Shown here: piece after piece, positions 56,220 through 64,000 of the stretch | Position numbering within the stretch: position 1 is the first letter of the stretch | Layout: every line of letters starts with the position of its first letter | Assembly: GCA_951406725.2 (NCBI GenBank) | Contig: OX597840.1 | Span: 2,356,001-2,420,000 of the forward strand | Source of the DNA: Octopus vulgaris | Lineage: Eukaryota | Length of the DNA: 64,000 bases | Direction of reading: 5' to 3' | Made by a program: the position numbers and the translations under genes | Notes under the pieces: generated by a model | What the model was told of the DNA's origin: nothing | Database searches by the model: none | The model's input: the letters and a program-made list of their open reading frames with translations, nothing else

Positions 56220-56680
56220 ATATGCGCGTATGTGTGCTTGTATTTTTGTTTGTCTTTGACCACCACCACCGCTTGACAAGTGGTGTTGGTTTATTTACAT
56301 CCCATCCACATAGTAGTTCGGTAAAAGTGACCGACAGAATAAGTACCAGGCTTTTAAAAAAGCAAATACCGTAGTCGATTCCTTCCATGAAAATTCTTCA
56401 AGTCGGTGTTCCAGCATGGCCGCAGTCCAATGACTAAAACATTTAAAAGGTAACAATGAAAGCTATATGTGTTTGTATGTGTGTGTGTATGTGACCCCAT
56501 CGTCATGTGAAAACCGATGTTCGTTTATTTACTTCCTCATAACTATGTGGTTTTGGCAAAAAGTTACCGATAGAATAAATGAAAGACTTTAAACAGAAAT
56601 CACAGAATTACTGAGGATGATTAGTCATACTAAATCCCCTTAATGCGGTACCCCCAGCCTTCTAATTACCGGAACAAATA
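56220..56680 (+). mobile_element. Two diverged 3' halves of family A-related SINEs
   Basis: cgcttgacaa..gaataagtaccaggctt..ccagcatggccgcagtc. Confidence 0.65.
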
Positions 56681-57204
56681 AAAACGGATTATAGGATACG
56701 TAATGATGACATATATTGTATCACAAACGCTGCTGTTTATCGTGCCCCAATAATATTGAGTTTCTTAATGGAAGTAACTCATAACAGTTTTAATACGTAT
56801 GAATTTCACTTCAAGGACGTTCTGACTATAGGTTATAGTTCTCATGATTGCTTGTTACTGCGGTTAAATGCTCTCAAATTCTTCGCTTTATCGGCTTACT
56901 TAATTTCGAGTTTTAGTAATCCGATATCTAATCCAGTTTATTGAGAAACTATAGCTATTCTGGTAATCAACTCTCGAAATTTTCAGTGATCGGAATCAAT
57001 ACGTGATCACGGCAGCCTATTTCATTTGAGAATTACAAGCGCAATATGAAGCTTTATCTATCAGACCTGTATGGCATAGCGTGATATGAGGTAGGTAAGC
57101 TGTGAGCAGAACTACCTTGATAACCTACATATCATGCCTGCATATGAGTTTAAATGATAATGTGCGGCACTACCTTTCGAACCAGCATATCATGAATAAC
57201 GTGA

Positions 57205-57600
57205 GCCTTTAGTCGAGCAAATCGACACCAGGACTTATTCTTTTTAAGCCTAGTACTTATTCTATCGGACACTTTTACCGAACCGCTAAGTTACGGGGAC
57301 AGACACAGGCACACAAACACACTCATACACACACACACACACACACATACACGCATATATATATATATTTATATATATATATACGACGGGCTCCTTTCTG
57401 TTTCCGTCTACCAAATCCACTCACAAGGCAGTTAACTGTGATTTTTGCTACTCTAGGCACAAGGCCCGAAATTTTTGGGGAGGGACCAGTCGATTAGATC
57501 CATCCCAGTACGCAACTGATACTTAGTGTATCGACCCCGAAAGGATGAAAGATAAAGTCCACCTCGGTGGAATTTGAACTTAGGTCGTAAAGACAGTCGA
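57205..57600 (-). mobile_element. Partial SINE family A (57205-57430) and SINE family B terminal unit (57445-57600)
   Basis: Homology to the other copies. Confidence 0.78.
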
Positions 57601-58299
57601 AAGGAGCCAGAGTGATATTGATGACATCTGTCAGAAAATGATTCTTCAATCACTTTCAATTAGTGTAGAATATTACCAAAAGGAATTAATGTTATCAACG
57701 ATCACTGCATCAAACGATCATTGAGTTATCCGATAATGAGCCTTAATGCCGCCCTGCAAGAAGTCAGCATCGCTGTTCAAATCAGTGCTCATCATCAGCT
57801 CCTCTGGGATTCTACCTTAACTTCTCACCGTTGCTCCATGACCAGCAAGAGGTTCTTTCCCTTGCCTCTCTTATCCTGCGTACAGCTATATTTTCTTCCT
57901 ACCTGTTCCAAACATAGCGTCCGACAGAGATAACTTCTTTCGAATCTGTTCGCTACACTGCAGTAATCCGCCTTTAATTTCTTTATAACATATTTTCTTC
58001 ATCTTTTCATTTATATTTCACTTGATTCAGGCATTTTGAGTGCGGCCATCCTGGGACACTACCTTGCAGAATTTTAGTCGAAAATATCCAACCTCAGGAT
58101 GTAAACAGGCCAGCACTGGTTCTCAAACGATGGAGGGGACAAACAGACAGAAACACCCACACACACACACATAGACAGAAACACACACGTACACTCGCTC
58201 ACATATGGTTCCTACTTCAGTGTCTTCTGCAATAGCCTTGGGCTGACGAAAGCCTTTTCAGTGGATTTGGTACGCTGCAACTGAAAGAGGCCTGTTGTA

Positions 58300-58598
58300 G
58301 AAGCCTTCTCCTCGATCTACGACCTATTCGACTTACGACCATCCGCACTTACGACCACAATAAATAAATAATGAAAAAAATCGATTTTCGGACGTTGGGC
58401 AGCTGCGCGTACGATAACTATGGAAGCATTTGGCAACATAAGCCTCCCTCAGACCCGGGCATCCCACTGCCTGCCACTGACTCACTCAGTCGCTTTCAAG
58501 CATCAGTTGCGTTGCAATGAAAATAGTGTTGAAAAATATAAAACCGACATACGACCGGTCAGTCTGAACGTAAGTCGGTCGTAAGTCGAGGAGAAAGT
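58300..58598. mobile_element. Non-autonomous Tigger/pogo-like DNA transposon (MITE) nested in a family A SINE (58200-58870)
   Basis: Terminal inverted repeats ttctcctcgatctacgacc / ggtcgtaagtcgaggagaa, subterminal acttacgacc repeats, TA context. Confidence 0.75.
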
Positions 58599-58640
58599 AT
58601 ATATATATATATATATATATATACAAATGTGTGTGTGTGC

Positions 58641-58675
<35 letters not shown>

Positions 58676-58877
58676 TGTGTTCGTGCGTTTGTGTCTGTGT
58701 GTTCTCCATCACCGCTTGACAATCGGTGCTTGTGTGTCAACTAGCGGTTCGGGAAAAGGGAACGATAGAATAAGTACCAGGGTTAAAACAGGGATTGAGA
58801 TCGACTGATTCAACAAAAGTATTTCAAGGTGGCGCCCCAGCCTGGCCGTTGTCTAATGACTGAAAAACTGATAGATA

Positions 58878-58956
<79 letters not shown>

Positions 58957-59061
58957 GAAATGAGGTAATCAGAAGATCGGATGGTTCATATTTATAGATA
59001 TCTATTTATATATTACATTTTTTACATATATATATCATATCATTCAGACCATATCATTCAG

Positions 59062-59105
59062 ATTATTAGCGCTTTCTCCCATTCCAGTGGGGTTTTCAAA
59101 TCAAA
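59062..59105 (-). ncRNA. Minimal type I hammerhead ribozyme motif (U3-A8 variant)
   Basis: Minus strand ttgat-TTGAAAA-ccccactggaatggga-GAAA-gcgc-TA^ataat. Stem II ccca/tggg, palindromic stem III AGCGCT. Confidence 0.6.
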
Positions 59106-59570
59106 TTAATTCCTTTGTGGGGAATTTGGTCATTTTATAGAGTTTCGTAGTAGTGGGGAGGAACAAGATAGTATAAGAGGGTGAGGTAGATGAGGAGGAA
59201 GTGAGAGAGAGAACATGTGTGTATGTGTATGTGTGTGTGTGTATGTGTGTGTGTGTGTGTGTGTGTGCGTTTGTATCTGATGCTAAAGAGAAAAAGGGAA
59301 AGGGGAACGGGGAGGGGGAGAGGGAAGAAGAAGAAGAAGAAGAAGAAGAAGAAGAAGAAGAAGAAGGATTTGGCCTGTTGGACACCCTGGGGAGTTCTAA
59401 GAATTTTAGCCCTCTGTCCATTCTGGTGTCACTGAGTGTGTGTTGGTGGGTAGGCTGGCTAGAAATTACACCTTTTATGATTTTGGGGATGGACAAATGT
59501 CATTTGGCGTCATACTTTGTATGATCGTTTTGTGGAGGTATGTGTGTGTGTGTCTCTGTGTGTCCGTGAG

Positions 59571-59601
<31 letters not shown>

Positions 59602-59819
59602 CTCTGTGTGTTTGGAGAAGGGGAGAGAGACAAAAAGAGAAAAGGGAAAATAAAAGTAAAAATAAATATAAAAAAAAAATAAATAAATAAATAAAAATAA
59701 GGGAGGAAATGGAGAAGAGAAACATATTTTTGTGTGTTGATATTTATACCACTACATATATATACACACACAGACTTATACATAAAATATTTGAAAAAAA
59801 AAAATATATATATATAGGG

Positions 59820-59986
59820 AGAGAATTCACGAAAGACGAAGACAGGTGGTGTAGAAAACAAACAGATGTGTCAGTATAACGGTCAGGAATTGAAAAAGTC
59901 CTTAACGTTTCGAGCCTACGCTCTTCTACAGAAAGGGACACAGAAAAAGCAAGGAGAGAAACGAGAGAAAAATATGTGTGTAGTGG

Positions 59987-59988
<2 letters not shown>
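59820..59988 (-). repeat. Dispersed repeat E
   Basis: Reverse complement of 61615-61790. Confidence 0.8.
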
Positions 59989-60025
<37 letters not shown>

Positions 60026-60754
60026 ATGGGCTTCTTTCAGTTTCCGTCTAAGTCAAACAAATACATTCACAAGATATTGGTCGGTTATAGTAGAAACACT
60101 TCATCAATTTACCCAAGGTAGCGCAGAACGGGATTGAACACAAGACTGCATGGTTAGCAACTAAGCTTCTTCATCGCAGAGCAACACCAGCGCTTGCACG
60201 TAACCTTTTACATAAGTCACATTTAGTTTGTCGTAAATCGAATATCTGTTTGTTACCTAACTGCCTAATATTACACAACCATTTTCCAAAGCTGTCACTG
60301 GCAGAGAATAACACATATGGCATTTTTGGATAATTAGATGAGATTTTAAAATTCATGTGAATTTGTCAAAATATTCATTTCTCACTTGTATTCACTCAAA
60401 TATCAAACACGCAGGTTAGCTTTCGTCTGTGCAAAATATTTATAGACTATTTATATTGAATCGAAAATTGTCCATCTTCTGCGTTGTCTCTACAGCAATA
60501 AGTTCTAAATTTTCAGTCAGACATGTCTGAGAGTACGATTCATTATTTTTCAGAACTATTTCCCAACTTTACATGTCTCTTGTCAAAATAACCTTTAGAT
60601 ATTAATTTCTCTCTTTTACTTGTTTCAATCATTGGACTGCCACCATGGTGTGACTTCGACTTGACGTGTTTACACCAAAAAGTCGATAGCGTTATCTATA
60701 TATTATTTTAACGTCTCACACTTATTCTATCGAACTGTTTTGAAGTACGCCGAC

Positions 60755-61450
60755 ACAGGAGTGGCTGTGTGGTAAGTAGCTAAGCGCAGGAGTGGCTGTG
60801 TGTTAACTAGCTTGCTTACAAACCACATGGTTCCGGGTTCAGTCCGACTGCGTGCCACCTTGGGCAAGTGTTTTCTACTATAGCCTCAGGCCGACAAAAG
60901 CTTTGTGAGTGGATTTGGTAGAGAGAGACCGTCGTTTGTATATAAATATATATATGTTTGTGTCTTTCTGTGCCTGTGTTTGTCCACCCAACGTCGCTTG
61001 ACAACCGATACTGTTGTGTTTACGCCCCTGTAACTTAGCAGTTCGGCAATATTGACCGATACAGTATCATGGTTCTGGGTTCTGTCTCAATGCGTGACGC
61101 CTTGGTCAGGTGTCTTTTACTATAGCCTCGGGCCGACCAAATCCTTGTGAGTGGATTTGGTAGAGGGAAACTGAAGGAAGCTCGTCGTATATATGTATGT
61201 ATATATGTGTGTGTTGTTTGTGTGCCTGTGTTTGTCCCGCCCCCACCTCAACATCACTTGACAACCGATGCTGGTGTTTTTAAGTCCCCGTAACTTAGCG
61301 GTTCGGCAAAAGAGACTAATAGAATAACACGGTTCCGGGTTCAGTCCCACTGCGTAATACCTTCGGCAAGTGTCTTCTACTATAGACTCGGGCCGACCAA
61401 AGCCTTGTGAGTGGATTTGGAAGGCGGAAACTGAAAGAAGCCCCCCGTAT
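60755..61450 (+). mobile_element. Tandem array of three partial family A SINE copies
   Basis: Head/body segments restart at ~60785, ~61068 and ~61328. Confidence 0.82.
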
Positions 61451-61556
61451 ATATGTACTTTATGTTAACTGTCTTATTTTCCATTTATTTCTCTTTTTGT
61501 TTTCGTATTTCATCTTGTTTAATGTTGGTGATGTCCTCTGTACCCAGATATGCATG

Positions 61557-61606
<50 letters not shown>

Positions 61607-61614
61607 ATATCACT

Positions 61615-61788
61615 AGCCACTACACATTCTTTATTTTCTCTCCTTGTTTCTTTCTGTGTTCCTTTCTGTGGAAAAGCATAGGCTCGAAACGTTACAGACT
61701 TTTCACTTCCCGAGCGATAAACTAATACATCTGTTTGTTGTCTACACCACCTGTCTTCGACTTTTGTTTATTTTTCTGTGAATTCTCC

Positions 61789-61790
<2 letters not shown>
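61615..61790 (+). repeat. Dispersed repeat E
   Basis: gccactacacat...aggctcgaaacgtta...ctacaccacctgtcttcg, flanked by TA tracts. Confidence 0.8.
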
Positions 61791-61822
<32 letters not shown>

Positions 61823-61857
61823 TTGTTTGTGTGTATCTATAATAATAAATAAATGCG

Positions 61858-62100
61858 CTTTTTAAAGCCTAGCCAGGCTCATGGGTCCGGTTTCCCGGTT
61901 TCAGTGGCGTATGTGTTCCCCAGCTGGATGGGACGCCAGTCCTTCGCAGCGTTATTCATTTTTGCCAGCTGAGTGGACTGGAGCAACGTGAAATGAAGTG
62001 TTTTGCTCAAGAACACAACGTGTCGCCCGGTCCAGGAATCGAAACCACAATCTTACGATCATGATGCTGACACCCTAACCACTAAAACACGCGCTTCTAC
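61858..62100 (-). mobile_element. tRNA-derived SINE, CORE-like body with tail T1
   Basis: Tail nearly identical to 13920-14017. Body matches 12010-12070. Confidence 0.87.
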
Positions 62101-62221
62101 ATATATATGTATACATACATACATACACACATACATACATACATAAACACACTCACAAACAAACACACACACACACACTTCTATTATATATACATTTGTA
62201 CGAAATCTAGTATTTACCTCA

Positions 62222-62295
62222 TTGCAGGGAGTGGTTTCGATCTTCGGACTTTAAGGTTATAAGCCGAGCACCCACCCTCCCACCGCTTCGCTGTA
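62222..62295 (-). pseudogene. Degenerate initiator tRNA-Met-like sequence
   Basis: Minus strand gtgctcggcttataaccttaaagtccgaagatcgaaaccactccctgca versus eukaryotic tRNAi GTGCTGGGCCCATAACCCAGAGGTCGATGGATCGAAACCATCCTCTGCTA. Diagnostic GATCGAAA T-loop; anticodon mutated to TAT. Confidence 0.7.
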
Positions 62296-62932
62296 TTCCA
62301 CGAGGAATTTACACAAATACATAAAGTAAGTATTATTCCTTACATTGTCCGTTCTCGGTTACATCACTTCCATTACATCATCTATCATATGCTATTTATT
62401 TATTTATTTATTAGTTATGTACTTCTTTGCGTTGAACTGTTTCAAATGTACAAAACATGGTAACTACGCAATCCCTGTTGCGGCACTGAGACGTTAATTT
62501 ACTTATTGAACGGCGACATTTCACTTTAACCGATATTCCGAGAGTCACATTTGATAAAGCACATGCATAAATCATCTAAGCGTTGCAAAGTCTTCTGGGT
62601 GTCTCTTCATTTACCGTTTGCAGATCAGCCAGAAAGAAATCAATTCTACTAATACTTCTCTAGCGCAGCATAGCAAACGAGCTAGACGAGATTCCTAACG
62701 GCACAACTGTCGCGAAATGCTACAGTCATTAGATATGTTGCATAGAATCTCTCCCGATTGTTATGAATTACTATGCTCTGATTTCAAACCCTACCGTGGC
62801 CAACACTACTTTTTTATTTTTATCTATTAAGATCCCACCCGTTCACAATTTTTCAAATTTGCATATTCAGTCTTTAATTTTCATTTTCTCAATTTTACGT
62901 TTTTGCTTAGCTTCCCCTGATTTATTCACATA

Positions 62933-63099
62933 GGAGCAGGAGTGGATGTGTGGTAAGTAGCTTGCTTACCAACCACATGGTTTCGGGTTCAGTCCCACTG
63001 CGTGGCACCTTGGGCAAGTGTCTTCTACTATAGCCTCGGGCAGACCAAAGCCTTGTGAGTGGGTTTTGTAGAAGGTAACTGAAAGAAGCCCGTCCTTTA

Positions 63100-63140
<41 letters not shown>

Positions 63141-63374
63141 ATGTGTGCGTGTATGTTTGTGTGTCTGTGTTTGTCCCCCTAGCATTGCTTGACAACCGAA
63201 GCTGGTGGGTTTATGTCCCCGTCACTTAGCGGTTCGGCAAAAGAGACCGATAGAATAAGTACTAGGCTTACAAAGAATAAGTCCTGGGGTCGAGTTGCTC
63301 GACTAAAGACGGTGCTCCAGCATGGCCGCAGTCAACTGACTGAAACAAGTAAAAGAGTAAAAGAGTGAAAGAGT
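62933..63374 (+). mobile_element. SINE family A, full length
   Basis: Head to (taaaagag)n tail. Confidence 0.92.
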
Positions 63375-63377
63375 ATA

Positions 63378-64000
63378 CAGTAATGCCTCACTATACGAGT
63401 TCATTTCCTACTGGAGACCTCTCGTAAAGCGAAAACTCGTAAAATAGAGCAATATTTTTCCATTGTAGCAGTGTTATAAATCGTAATTCGTTCCCAGAAT
63501 AACATTTTGCCTATAAGTTTTATAATACTCGTAAATAAATGGCAATAATAGAATGTAAGGAAAACATGAGTAGAATGTAAAGGATATTTAATGTAAAGTA
63601 AAAAGAATATATATAATAAAAAATATTATTATTATTATTATCGTTTTCTGAATCACTTTCTCTTACACTAGACTCACGCACACCATCACTTGTAGACGAG
63701 ATCGCCGATTCACAAGCACTCGTAGACGGACTTGAAGATTTCTTTTTAAAAAACAAATCAAGCTTTTGCTTAGAAGAAGCGTTCATTCCGTCGCTATATG
63801 CAGTTGTGTAGAATTCGTCAGAACCAATGTTTCCACATGTTGTGACGTTGCCACGCACACAACATGGCTTTATATCCTTTTTATATTTATTATAAAATAA
63901 AATTCGTATACCCGGGGTATCGTAAATCGGGTTCTTGGAAAGTGATGTATTACTGTACAGTACTTTACTCTCTTCTTTCACCTTCCCAAACGCTTCTACT
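63378..64000 (-). mobile_element. Tigger/pogo-like DNA transposon 3' end
   Basis: TA + CAGTAATGCCTCACTATACGAG terminus with repeated ctcgtaaa. Minus-strand ..SKQKLDLFFKKK resembles the pogo C-terminal Q..LD.FF motif. Confidence 0.65.

Overview
Eukaryotic, AT-rich, repeat-saturated DNA. The SINE families and microsatellite load look like an octopus (coleoid cephalopod) genome; this is inferred from repeat recognition, not checked by a search. No intact host gene is evident, and most listed ORFs are microsatellite artefacts. The window holds about 20 copies of a tRNA-derived SINE with an internal TA/TG tract (family A), a second SINE that forms tandem multimers (family B), and SINEs with interchangeable body and tail modules. 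It also has decayed RTE, L1/Tx1-like, R4/Dong-like, Penelope-like (GIY-YIG), Gypsy, mariner and Tigger/pogo elements, and an initiator-tRNA-Met pseudogene. The most striking signal is RNA structure: a type I hammerhead ribozyme at the apex of a long hairpin (minus strand, 7682-7824) inside a ~240-nt structured non-coding element, plus two Penelope-type minimal hammerheads with the U3-A8 core covariation (5520-5556 +, 59062-59105 -). A few short unique islands with clustered transcription-factor motifs may be cis-regulatory. Element boundaries were read by eye and are approximate unless a target-site duplication (TSD) is given.
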